Source: an uncultured Gemmatimonadales bacterium
Lineage (GTDB): Bacteria; Gemmatimonadota; Gemmatimonadetes; Gemmatimonadales; Gemmatimonadaceae
Direction of reading: 5' to 3'
Assembly: GCA_963707505.1 (NCBI GenBank)
Contig: CAVPQB010000004.1
Span: 96,001-160,000, forward strand
DNA length: 64,000 bases
Position 1 is the first letter of the stretch; each line of letters opens with the position of its first letter. A program made the position numbers and the translations under genes. Below are positions 47,482 through 56,823 of the stretch, in pieces. The notes under the pieces are model-generated. The model was not told the DNA's origin, did no database searches, and saw nothing but the letters and a program-made list of their open reading frames with translations.

Positions 47482-49581
47482 GTGCGTCTTTCGCTCGTTA
47501 TTGCCGCCGGTGCTTCGGTGCTGGTACTCGCGTCAGGGGCGGCGGCACAGAATGCGCCTCGCCCATCAGGCGATCCCGCATCGGTCTCCGCAGTTGCTTC
47601 CTGGCTCGCTTACGACGCCCCGCCGGGTGAGGAATCCCGCATCACCGATGCGGTGATGGCTGCGGACAGTCACTGGCGCCGCGACGCACTCGGCAATCTC
47701 GTCATGACGGTCGGAAGTGGTCGTCCCCGGCGGTTGATCGCGTGCGGGCTCGATCACGCAGGGTTCATCGTGAGCCAGATAACGGACGAGGGCTATCTGC
47801 GATTGCATCGCGCCGGAAATGGTGCGACGCATCCACTCTGGGATCAGTTCCATCAGGCGCAGCAGGTGCGGGTGTTGACGACGAACGGATCTGTTCCGGG
47901 TGTAGTCGCCGTCGACAATCTTCACTTCGCGCAGGAGCATCGCGGCGATACGTCTGTCGTAAACGTGGATCAGCTGTGGGTGGACGTCGGCGTCCGATCT
48001 CGCGACGAAGCAACTGCGCTGGGCGTCACCCTGATCGATCCCGTAGTACGTGACGTACCACCCTGGATATACGCTGACCATGTAGCAGGCGCCGACGCGA
48101 GTGGCCGCGCAGGATGTGCCGCTGTGGCATCGGTTGCGCGCGCAGCCCAGCGCAATACGCGCACCACTGGGGAAACAGTATTCGTGTTGTCCACGCAGAG
48201 CAGCTTTCGATGGAGCGGACTGGAAGGTGCAGCGGCGCGTCTTGGTAAATTCGATGAGGCCATGATCGTTGCCGCTGCGAGCGTGTCGGGTGATGACACT
48301 GCAGCGGTGTCACACGCACCCTTCGCTCCACGCGCGAGATCGGCTCCAGCGGTGAACACCGATGCGGTGTCGCGTATCGCAGTGCGCGCGCGGTTCGCCG
48401 GCTCGCTCGTGGAGAGCGTCCGCGCAAGTGATCTGGACTCGTTGCTCGTCGCGTTGCGCGCAGCCGCCCACGTATCGTCACAAGCACCGTGGGTTGTGTT
48501 GTCGCAGCCTTCTACGAAGGGGACAACCCGCGCGCGCGACAGTCTTTCCCTGGCTGCAGACGTGCTCACACGCCTCGTCGAGCTACCAGCGGTCGGCGAG
48601 CGCGAGGCTCCGGTGCGCGATGCAATTCGCAGTGCATTGCCGGAATGGGCGCGCAAGCAGATAGTCCAGGACTCCGCCGGCAATCTCATTCTGTCGATGG
48701 GCCCGGATCGCGATACGAGTGTCTTTCTCGCACACATGGACGAAGTGGGATACATCGTCCGATCCATCGATCGCGATGGAACTGTAACGCTGACGTCGCA
48801 GGGTGGTCTCAATGGCGCAGCATGGGAGGGCCAACCCGCTCTGTTGTATCTGGACCGGCCGACGACCAACGGCTCACGCGGCTCGGCGGCACCCGCATCA
48901 CTCGCCGGAGTCTTCGTGCCGCGCGAACAGGCGAAGTTGCGTCGCCCCGATGTCATGCGCGCGTGGTTCGGAATGGATTCGGCTGCACTCGTCACGCACG
49001 GAGTACGTGCCGGGCTGGTTGTTACCGCGTACAAGCGCGGCGAGCGTCTCGCTGCAACACGGTTCACCGCACGGGCGCTGGATGACAGGGCCGGTGACAC
49101 GGCGCTGTTGCTGGCACTTGCAGAAATGGATCCGGCGAGACTGACTCACAAGGTGATCTTCGTCTGGTCTGTCGAGGAGGAAGTCGGACTCTTCGGCGCC
49201 GCCGCTGCTGCGCGCAGCATCGGGACGTCGGTGCATCACGCATACGCGATCGATACTTTCGTTTCCTCCGATACACCACTGGAGTCGCCACTCTTCGCAT
49301 TCGCCCCGCTCGGCGACGGGCCTGTATTGCGAGCTTCGGATGATGGCATGATCGTGCTGCCGAGCGAGCGTGACCGCATAATCGCACTTGCTCAAAGCAA
49401 TCGTATTCCGTTGCAGGTTGGCACAACCAAGGGATCGACCGACGCCGTTCCGTTCGTGGCACAAGGCGCGATCGGTGCCCAGCTCGGCTGGCCGGGACGG
49501 TACAGTCACTCGCCAGCGGAGGTATTGGATCTCAATGATTTGAAATCGCTGGCGCGGCTGGTGCGGGTGCTGGCGCAGTGA
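47482..49581 (+). CDS. Secreted tandem M42-family metallopeptidase (degenerate N-domain, intact C-domain)
   Basis: Signal peptide ending AAA-Q; C-domain AHMDE, LDDRAG, VEEEVG, AIDT, RYSHSPAE; N-domain colinear but ligands replaced. Confidence 0.85.
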   Translation: MRLSLVIAAGASVLVLASGAAAQNAPRPSGDPASVSAVASWLAYDAPPGEESRITDAVMAADSHWRRDALGNLVMTVGSGRPRRLIACGLDHAGFIVSQITDEGYLRLHRAGNGATHPLWDQFHQAQQVRVLTTNGSVPGVVAVDNLHFAQEHRGDTSVVNVDQLWVDVGVRSRDEATALGVTLIDPVVRDVPPWIYADHVAGADASGRAGCAAVASVARAAQRNTRTTGETVFVLSTQSSFRWSGLEGAAARLGKFDEAMIVAAASVSGDDTAAVSHAPFAPRARSAPAVNTDAVSRIAVRARFAGSLVESVRASDLDSLLVALRAAAHVSSQAPWVVLSQPSTKGTTRARDSLSLAADVLTRLVELPAVGEREAPVRDAIRSALPEWARKQIVQDSAGNLILSMGPDRDTSVFLAHMDEVGYIVRSIDRDGTVTLTSQGGLNGAAWEGQPALLYLDRPTTNGSRGSAAPASLAGVFVPREQAKLRRPDVMRAWFGMDSAALVTHGVRAGLVVTAYKRGERLAATRFTARALDDRAGDTALLLALAEMDPARLTHKVIFVWSVEEEVGLFGAAAAARSIGTSVHHAYAIDTFVSSDTPLESPLFAFAPLGDGPVLRASDDGMIVLPSERDRIIALAQSNRIPLQVGTTKGSTDAVPFVAQGAIGAQLGWPGRYSHSPAEVLDLNDLKSLARLVRVLAQ

Positions 49582-49623
49582 CGCAGCGGTAATCCGACCG
49601 CAACTAGATCCGTTTACGACAGA

Positions 49624-50952
49624 TCATTCGCGCATCGATGGTGCCACGATCACAGCCGCCACCATATCCGCCGTAACATTCGTAACAGTTCTGAACATGT
49701 CCGGAATCACATCCACGGCGAGAAGAATTCCCACACCTTCCGCCGGTATCCCGACGCTCGCCAGCACCGGTACCATGACGAGCAGCACACCGCCTGGAAT
49801 GCCCGGCACACTGAAACTCAGCAATACCGCCGACATGGCGATCGACGCGACCTCGGCGGGCGTTATCGTCACACCATAGATCCGCGCCAGGAACAGACTG
49901 CTGGTCGTGATCGCGATGGTTGCACCGAGCTTGAACGTCGATACTGCGAGCGGAAGCACGAAGCCTGTCGCCGCCGCCGGAAGACCAAGCTGCATCTTGC
50001 CCGCTTCGATCATCGCGGGAAGTGTCGCGAGTGACGATCGTGAGCTGAATCCGACCACCTGCGCAGGGGCGATGGCACGCGCGAACCTGACCAGCGGAAC
50101 TCGGCCCACCACGACGGCAACCACATACAACGCGCACGTGTAGATGAGACACGCAATCGCGACGAGTATCAGCAGCGCGATGATTGCGTGCGCGCCGCCG
50201 AACCCTGTTCGCGCGCCGAGTGCGTATGCCAGACCGTACACACCGATCGGCGCGACCCAGAGCACCCAGCGCACGAGCTCGAGCATCACGTCCGCAACTG
50301 CGCGAAAGAAGCCGACAAGATGTGCGCGCGATTCCGGCGTGAGCCTGGTAACACCGACGCCGAATGCAACCGTGAAGATCACCAGCGGTAGCAGCGCGCC
50401 GTTGGCCGCCGCGGCGACAGGATTCGCCGGAATCAGTGCGCCGATCCAGTCCCAGAAACCGGGCACTGCGTGTGGGACTCCTGCAACTACGGGCGCGGCT
50501 TCGCGGGTCCCGGCGAGCGCTCCCGTCGATCCGGCGGTGACGCGCAACAACGTCAGCAGCCATGGCGTCACGATCGCGATCAGCACCGCACCGCTGACGA
50601 GGAGCGCAAGAAAAACTCCAATCACCCGCACGCCGAGCCGTCCGACTGCGCCGGCGTCGGCAAGTGACGCGATGCTCGTGATGAGCAGCGCAACCACCAG
50701 TGGCACTACCAGTGCGCTGATAGCCTTGACCCAGATCGTTCCCACGGGACCGATCGCACCCGCAAACTGCGGAAAGATCGCGCCGCACACTCCGCCGGCG
50801 ACGAAGGCTAGAAGTATCGTTGCCGCTGGTGATACACGTCGTCTCGTGTGTCTATCCGGTGGAAGCCCACCGCGCTCCGCGTGATCCGTTGCGTGTTCTG
50901 GCACAGCGCTGGAATCTACGCCCTGGCCGCACCGCTGCTGGGGCTTTCGCAA
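49624..50952 (-). CDS. Dicarboxylate/amino acid:cation symporter (DAACS)
   Basis: LIPANP, FSSRSSLATLP, FVLPLA, VPGIPGG, DMFRTVTNVTAD; start uncertain (TTG 50952 or GTG 50904). Confidence 0.9.
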   Translation of the reverse strand: MRKPQQRCGQGVDSSAVPEHATDHAERGGLPPDRHTRRRVSPAATILLAFVAGGVCGAIFPQFAGAIGPVGTIWVKAISALVVPLVVALLITSIASLADAGAVGRLGVRVIGVFLALLVSGAVLIAIVTPWLLTLLRVTAGSTGALAGTREAAPVVAGVPHAVPGFWDWIGALIPANPVAAAANGALLPLVIFTVAFGVGVTRLTPESRAHLVGFFRAVADVMLELVRWVLWVAPIGVYGLAYALGARTGFGGAHAIIALLILVAIACLIYTCALYVVAVVVGRVPLVRFARAIAPAQVVGFSSRSSLATLPAMIEAGKMQLGLPAAATGFVLPLAVSTFKLGATIAITTSSLFLARIYGVTITPAEVASIAMSAVLLSFSVPGIPGGVLLVMVPVLASVGIPAEGVGILLAVDVIPDMFRTVTNVTADMVAAVIVAPSMRE

Positions 50953-51026
50953 CCTGCCGGGTTACGCCAATTCTCCGAAACAACGATTGACGTCCGACGA
51001 GTGTCGAATTGACATGAGCACGCGTC

Positions 51027-51875
51027 ATGAATGACTCCGGTCCCGGCAATGGCCGGACCCTCGCGCACGCCGAGTTCTTCGGTGATCAGAGCCGCCGGCA
51101 CACCGTCGCTGGATTCACGATCGCAAGCATGGTGGCGGACCCGACCCTCCAGATCGAGCGCCACACCCATGAGACAGCCCACTTCATCGTACTGCTCAGC
51201 GGGCAGTATGTCACGACCGCACGCGGTGCCGACGCAGTGTGCGTCAGGCCGGCACTGATCTACAACCCTCCGGGTACCACTCATCGCGATCGCTTCCGTC
51301 GGGTGCATGGGCGTGTGGATGGGCGCTTCATCTCCGTGGCTGTGGACTCAGCGCGAATGGGCGATATCGCCCGATCCTTCGCGCTCGTGCAGGACGCCTT
51401 GTACACGCATGAACGGAGCGCCGTGCAAATCGGAATGCGGTTGGCCAGAGAGCTTGCGGATTACCGGGATTCATCATCTCTCGCCGTCGAAGCGATCTGT
51501 CTCGAGCTCTTCACACTTGCGATCGCGGAGCGTGTACCGCAGCGCTCTTCCGTGCCCCCATGGCTTCGCGTCGCGCGCGATCTCATTCAGGATTACTGCG
51601 CCGAAGGCACGTGCATCGCGGATATCGCGAGTGCCTGCGACGTGCATCCGGTGTACCTTGCGCGCGTTTTCCGCAAATGTTTCGGATGCTCGCCCGGTGA
51701 ATATCTTCGCCGGTGCCGGATAGAGCGCGCTGCAGCTCTCCTCGCTCACACCCCCACCTCGCTCAGCCTCGTCGCGTTGCAGTGTGGCTATGCAGATCAG
51801 AGTCATCTCAACGCCTCGTTCCGACGCGCTTACGGCTCGACGCCGGCTGAGTATCGCCGCATGTCAAAGCCCTGA
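51027..51875 (+). CDS. AraC family transcriptional regulator with cupin sensor domain
   Basis: HTHE cupin motif; VHPVYLARVFRK.FGCSPGEY...GYADQSHL...FRR.YG.TP. Confidence 0.93.
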   Translation: MNDSGPGNGRTLAHAEFFGDQSRRHTVAGFTIASMVADPTLQIERHTHETAHFIVLLSGQYVTTARGADAVCVRPALIYNPPGTTHRDRFRRVHGRVDGRFISVAVDSARMGDIARSFALVQDALYTHERSAVQIGMRLARELADYRDSSSLAVEAICLELFTLAIAERVPQRSSVPPWLRVARDLIQDYCAEGTCIADIASACDVHPVYLARVFRKCFGCSPGEYLRRCRIERAAALLAHTPTSLSLVALQCGYADQSHLNASFRRAYGSTPAEYRRMSKP

Positions 51876-51989
51876 CGCCGTCGGCGTCCATCGAAAGGTT
51901 GCAAAAATACAAGACAGATTCAGATCATCGTTGCTACCTTCTCCGATGAAAAGTGGACTCACTCCCTTGCAGCTCACTCTGAGGCATTC

Positions 51990-53756
51990 TTGCGAATCAC
52001 CACATTTCTGTTTTCGGTTGCCACGCTGATGCCACACGCTCGGATACAAGCTCAAGCCACACACGTTGGCACGGTGCAGCCCGACTCCGATATCGTCGGA
52101 TTGTGGGGCCATGAATCTATCTCGGGTCCGCAGATTCGCGGCGAGATCAGTCTCCGTAATTCTCGCAGGGGTTGGATCGGCAGCGTCGGCGGATTCGAGA
52201 CAACTGCGCATGCCTCGCACGATACACTTTCATTCACATTGCCTGGCGGCCAGGGGGAATTCAGGAGTCCCGTTCCCTCGCCGCATGATCTGACGGTACG
52301 CGGTTTCTGGATCCAGCCAGAGGGGCAGCTCTCAGTCCGATACGCGTCGCTCGTCACGCTTACCCGTATAACGAGCAGCCTGTGGCGTGGCACCGTAGAG
52401 CCGCTCGATGAGAGATGGTCGTTGTATCTGTTGATCCAGAAGCAACCAGATGGATCGCTCGTGGGGTATTTCCGCAATCCTGACACGAACTGGCGGGGCG
52501 GAGCATCCGCGTTTCGCGTCGTGCACGATCGCGACACGATCCGCTTTCTCGACGTCGCCAGTGGTACGCAACGCAACAGTGTCGCATACGACTCTGCGCA
52601 ACACCAGATAGTCATGGACTTCGGCCGCCAGGTAATTCTCACGCCACGCACACGGGCGCAGGCAGTTGGATTCTTCCCTCGAACACCGGAGGCATCGCCC
52701 TACAGCTATCGTGTCCCCGAGCCTCGTCACGATGACGGTTGGCCGACTGCACGCGGTCATGACGTCGGCCTGAGCGAGGTGAAGCTTGCGGCCCTGGTGC
52801 GCGAGATCGAGGAAACCAACCCCACCGCACCGAATGCGCCTGCGATTCACTCACTACTCGTTGCTCGGCACGGAAAACTTGTACTGGAGGAGTACTTCGC
52901 CGGTTACGACGCAACGCGCGTGCACGATCTTCGCTCCGCGTCCAAGACGTTCACATCCGTGATGCTGGGCGTTGCAATGCATCAAAAGAAATTGATCGAT
53001 CCGAACACGCGCGTCTACGCGTCGTTTCCCAATACCGAGGAACTGGTTGCGGCGGATCCCCGTCGCGCGCAGGTTACGCTGGGAAATCTGCTGACTCATA
53101 GCTCCGGTCTCGCATGCGATGACAACGATGACGCATCTCCCGGGAACGAAGATCGCATGCAGTCGCAAACGAAGCAGCCGGATTGGTATCGCTACACGCT
53201 CGAGTTGCCGGTGCTGCATCAGCCCGGCACGTTGTACGCATATTGTTCTGCAGGTCTAAATCTCGCTGCAGGGGTAATTGCGCACGCCACGCAAAGCTGG
53301 CTCCCAGCGTTCTTCGATCACACCATTGCGCAACCCCTGGAGATCGATCACTACTCGATAAATCTCACTCCAACGGGCCAGATGTATGGTGGCGGGGGAG
53401 TGCAGATGCGCCCGCGTGACCTGCTAAAGTTCGGACAGCTGTACCTCAACGGCGGCACCTGGAACGGGCATCGGATCGTCGACAAATCGTGGGTCGAAAC
53501 ATCCACGTCGCACCAGATCGACAATCCGAATGGATCGGATGGCTTCGCATGGCACCGTTTCACGCTCGACGCAAACGGCCACCACTACCAGGAATACGAA
53601 GCGAGTGGCAACGGCGGACAGTTTCTGATCGTGGTGCCCGGGCTGGACCTCACTGTGGTGATAACAGCCGGCAATTACGGCCAGTACGGAATCTGGCGAA
53701 CGTTCCGGGAACAGCTGGTCCCGCGCTACGTCCTCGCAGCTGCCGACGGTGCCTGA
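51990..53756 (+). CDS. Secreted serine hydrolase (beta-lactamase-related family) with N-terminal extension
   Basis: SASK (SxxK), LLTHSSG, YAYCS, MRPRDLLKFGQLYL..G.WNG, GNGGQ. Confidence 0.88.
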   Translation: MRITTFLFSVATLMPHARIQAQATHVGTVQPDSDIVGLWGHESISGPQIRGEISLRNSRRGWIGSVGGFETTAHASHDTLSFTLPGGQGEFRSPVPSPHDLTVRGFWIQPEGQLSVRYASLVTLTRITSSLWRGTVEPLDERWSLYLLIQKQPDGSLVGYFRNPDTNWRGGASAFRVVHDRDTIRFLDVASGTQRNSVAYDSAQHQIVMDFGRQVILTPRTRAQAVGFFPRTPEASPYSYRVPEPRHDDGWPTARGHDVGLSEVKLAALVREIEETNPTAPNAPAIHSLLVARHGKLVLEEYFAGYDATRVHDLRSASKTFTSVMLGVAMHQKKLIDPNTRVYASFPNTEELVAADPRRAQVTLGNLLTHSSGLACDDNDDASPGNEDRMQSQTKQPDWYRYTLELPVLHQPGTLYAYCSAGLNLAAGVIAHATQSWLPAFFDHTIAQPLEIDHYSINLTPTGQMYGGGGVQMRPRDLLKFGQLYLNGGTWNGHRIVDKSWVETSTSHQIDNPNGSDGFAWHRFTLDANGHHYQEYEASGNGGQFLIVVPGLDLTVVITAGNYGQYGIWRTFREQLVPRYVLAAADGA

Positions 53757-53847
53757 ATGCAAAGTCGGTGAGAGGTAGCATGTCCGGCTACCTCTCTCCC
53801 CGACTTTGCTCATGTGATCAAGGCGACGTGTGCTGGCGTCGAACCGG

Positions 53848-54342
53848 TCACACAACAGCATCCGCGTAAGCCTGCAGCAGCGCACCCCAACCGCCTTCCG
53901 ACGAGATCGCCTGGCGTACTTTCTCCGCAGCATCTCCGAAAGCGTCGAGCTTGCCATGCTCCAGTCTCACCAACGTCGTATCAGTCCCCTGAGCCTTGAA
54001 CAGCACTTCCACTTCGCTGATCAGCGCAGGATTGAACTTCCACTCGGCGTCGATCTGCCACGCGAGCACGAGTCGGTTCGGCGGCTCCCACGCTATCACG
54101 TGGCCCCAGCCGCATTCCGTTCCGTCCGTTCCGCGCTCATACCAGCGGCCACCCACGCGTGGCTCCAGCACGACTTCGGCGATCGGCGCTTCACTTGCGC
54201 GGATCGTATGCGTGATCGGCCACCACCGGGTCATGTTGGCGGTGAATACCTCGAACGCGCGCGCTGGTGTGGCTTTCACGGTGATCGTCTTCACAACTGG
54301 TGCAACTGCTGGCGCTGTCGCTGTGGTGCGTGGGGCTGTCAT
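53848..54342 (-). CDS. SRPBCC (AHA1/START-like) domain protein
   Basis: AFEVFT..MTRWW, EPRVGGRWYE, WEPPNRLVLAW, GGWGALL. Confidence 0.9.
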   Translation of the reverse strand: MTAPRTTATAPAVAPVVKTITVKATPARAFEVFTANMTRWWPITHTIRASEAPIAEVVLEPRVGGRWYERGTDGTECGWGHVIAWEPPNRLVLAWQIDAEWKFNPALISEVEVLFKAQGTDTTLVRLEHGKLDAFGDAAEKVRQAISSEGGWGALLQAYADAVV

Positions 54343-54668
54343 CGTGGTTTCTTCCTTTTCGTCGGTTGGGGTTTGCCTTCGACTTCAGCCTTGAACGCGT
54401 CGAGCGCCTGGTCCCAGAAGCGGTCCAGCCACGCGCGCAATTCTGCGATGCCACGCGGATCGACGGCATAGAGCCGGCGCGCCCCAACGGCCTGGTCCCG
54501 CACCAGCCCGGCATCCTTGAGCACCCTGAGGTGCTGTGAGACGGCCGGTCTGCTGACGGGAAGACCTGCGGCGATCACGCCAACCGGCACCGGTCCTCGG
54601 CGCAAGCGCTCGAACACCGCGCGGCGAGTTGGATCGGCGAGGGCGGTCAGGGCTGAAGCGTAAGCCAT
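54339..54668 (-). CDS. ArsR/SmtB family transcriptional regulator
   Basis: ALADPTRRAVFERL...VSRPAVSQHLRVLKDAGLV. Confidence 0.93.
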   Translation of the reverse strand: MAYASALTALADPTRRAVFERLRRGPVPVGVIAAGLPVSRPAVSQHLRVLKDAGLVRDQAVGARRLYAVDPRGIAELRAWLDRFWDQALDAFKAEVEGKPQPTKRKKPR

Positions 54669-54670
54669 GA

Positions 54671-54702
54671 CTTACGGTAAGCGAAGGCTTACGGAATGTC
54701 AA
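54671..54702 (-). promoter_or_regulatory. sigma70 promoter of arsR with palindromic operator
   Basis: Minus strand TTGACA (54702-54697), 17 nt, TACCGT (54679-54674), ATG 5 nt later; palindrome GTAAGC-gaag-GCTTAC at 54677-54692. Confidence 0.8.
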
Positions 54703-54780
54703 GCGCCGACTACCCCCCGCCGCTCCCCCCTCTCGAATTTCGCGATTCCGGCAGAGCTTTTGCCATGTACCGACGATGCC

Positions 54781-55998
54781 ATGAAGAAATGGGGCGAAAT
54801 AGCGCTCGGAATCATCACCGGAATCGGCGGCTTTCTCGAGGTCGGATCCATCGGCACATCGGCGCAGGCCGGGAGCGAGTTTCGGTACCAGCTCACGTGG
54901 GCTCTGGTACTTGGCGTCGTCAGCCTCGCCTTTCTGATGGAGATGACCGGACGGCTCGCCGCTGTGAGCAAGCGCACGTACGTCGATCTGCTGCGCGAGC
55001 ACTTCGGAATGCGATTCTTTCTCGTCGCGTTCATCGCGGTGTTCGTGGTCAGCTTGATGGTGCTCATGGCGGAGATCGATGGTGTGAGTACCGCGCTGCA
55101 AATGGCCACTGGAATCGCTTTTGCATGGTGGGCGATACCCGTTGCAGTCGTCGGCTGGATGGTGCTGTGGCGCGGAACGTTCGGAATCGTGGAGCAGGGA
55201 ACGGCGATCCTTGGATTACTCGCAGTCTCGTTCGCTGTCGGTGCGGTGAAGGCGCACCCGGACTGGGGCGCGCTCGGTGGCGCGCTCATTCCATCTCGTC
55301 CAACGGAGAACCCCGCGCGCTACTGGTACCTGGCCGTCAGCATACTCGGTGCTTCGATCAGCCCGTATCTCTATCTCTTCTACTCAGCCGGCGCAGTCGA
55401 AGACGGTTGGACTCGGGAATATCTGGGCGTGAACCGGGTCACGGCAGGCCTCGGCAATCTGTTCGGTGGCACGCTTGCGCTCGCTGTGATTGTAACGGCA
55501 GCACTCGTGTTCGCGCCGGCGCACATCCAGGTCGAAAAATTCGAGCAGCTGGGCTCCCTGTTCGTCTCGCCGCTCGGTCGTGCGGGCTTCTGGCTATTCG
55601 TCGCAACGTTGTGCATCACCTGCTTCGGTGCAACGCTGGAGATTGCGCTATCGCTTGCATATCTCATGGCGCAGGGATTGGGATGGGAATGGAGCGAGAA
55701 TCTGCGGCCCGGTCGCGACTCGCGCTTCAGCACCGTTTACACGATTGCTATACTCATCGCGGCAATACCGGCGGCGCTCGGAATCAGTGCTCTCTCGCTC
55801 ACCAACATGTCGATGGTGCTCTCCGCGGCGAGTCTTCCGTTCACCGTGATCCCGCTCATCGCGCTGATGAACGACGGCAAGGTGATGGGTCGTCACTGCA
55901 ACGGCTGGATCAGCAACATCGCCCTGATCTGCATCTCGGCGCTCTCGATCGTGTTGTTCTTCGTTTCACTGCCGCTGCAGATAAAGGGAGGCGGATGA
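54781..55998 (+). CDS. NRAMP-related divalent cation transporter (non-canonical motifs)
   Basis: GGFLEVGSIGTSAQAGSEFRYQLTW, EMTGRLAAVS, GASISPY, LMNDGKVMG; about 11 TM segments. Confidence 0.82.
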   Translation: MKKWGEIALGIITGIGGFLEVGSIGTSAQAGSEFRYQLTWALVLGVVSLAFLMEMTGRLAAVSKRTYVDLLREHFGMRFFLVAFIAVFVVSLMVLMAEIDGVSTALQMATGIAFAWWAIPVAVVGWMVLWRGTFGIVEQGTAILGLLAVSFAVGAVKAHPDWGALGGALIPSRPTENPARYWYLAVSILGASISPYLYLFYSAGAVEDGWTREYLGVNRVTAGLGNLFGGTLALAVIVTAALVFAPAHIQVEKFEQLGSLFVSPLGRAGFWLFVATLCITCFGATLEIALSLAYLMAQGLGWEWSENLRPGRDSRFSTVYTIAILIAAIPAALGISALSLTNMSMVLSAASLPFTVIPLIALMNDGKVMGRHCNGWISNIALICISALSIVLFFVSLPLQIKGGG

Positions 55999-55999
55999 C

Positions 56000-56392
56000 A
56001 TGGAGCCGGTCGATGGATTACAGCTCGTTCACGACGTGTTGGACGCATGCCTGTGCGATCGCAATGGTCGCAAGATAGGACGTGTCGACGCGCTGACTCT
56101 GACACTAACGGAGGGCAAGCCGCTGCGCGTATCGACCATACTCATTGGCGGACAGGTGCGCGCCGCGCGCGTCGGGAACTGGATGGTCGGGCTGCGCGGG
56201 GCGATATCCGCGATGTTACATCGTGACCGCGACTTTGGAGTCAGCCGCGTGCCATTCTCTGCGGTGCGTGGGATCGCAGATACGATCGAACTCGATGTCG
56301 ACGGCGCGACGCTTCCGTCGAGTCATCTGGAGCGCTGGCTCGGCGATCACATCATCGCTCACATTCCCGGATCGCAGGGAGAGAAGAAGTAA
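56000..56392 (+). CDS. PRC-barrel-like hypothetical protein
   Basis: DVLDACLCDRNGRKIGRVDAL...RVPFSAVRGI; closely coupled to neighbours. Confidence 0.6.
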   Translation: MEPVDGLQLVHDVLDACLCDRNGRKIGRVDALTLTLTEGKPLRVSTILIGGQVRAARVGNWMVGLRGAISAMLHRDRDFGVSRVPFSAVRGIADTIELDVDGATLPSSHLERWLGDHIIAHIPGSQGEKK

Positions 56393-56724
56393 TGTCTCGC
56401 GAATTGCTCCTCAGTCATCTGATCGGCTGCGTGGTGCGCGACGTGGATGGACACAAGGTGGGAAGGATCGAGGAGCTGCTCGCAAGGATCGAGCTGCACG
56501 AGCATGGCAATGATTATGTAGTCGCCGAGTTTCATGTCGGTGCGTACGGACTCCTGGAAGCACTGACGGGTGGTACGTTCGCGCAGAGTCTTGTTCAGAG
56601 GATGGGGTCCGTCGTTGGTTATCGTCAATTCCGGATTCCATGGGAGTGGATGGATCTTTCCGACCCCGTCCATCCGCGTCTCAACCACACGCGCGCCGAG
56701 CTGGAAGCGCGTGCAGAGTCCTGA
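56392..56724 (+). CDS. PRC-barrel-like hypothetical protein
   Basis: LSHLIGCVVRDVDGHKVGRIEEL...RIPWEWM; TAATG overlap with the upstream gene. Confidence 0.65.
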   Translation: MSRELLLSHLIGCVVRDVDGHKVGRIEELLARIELHEHGNDYVVAEFHVGAYGLLEALTGGTFAQSLVQRMGSVVGYRQFRIPWEWMDLSDPVHPRLNHTRAELEARAES

Positions 56725-56823
56725 CCGCGATCGCAACCGAGTGCAGAGCCCCTGCCGACGCCGGCTCGTCGCTGTTGTCAGGTCTCGACAACAACTACAC
56801 GAGCATCACTGAGCGACCGTAGT

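Noticed and set aside
51896..51915. AGGTTGCAAAAATACAAGAC as an AraC operator upstream of the serine hydrolase
   Set aside because: Plausible position, but single copy in the window with no internal support.
54696..56078. 460-aa Arg-rich ORF overlapping the NRAMP gene
   Set aside because: Off-frame shadow typical of GC-rich membrane-protein genes.
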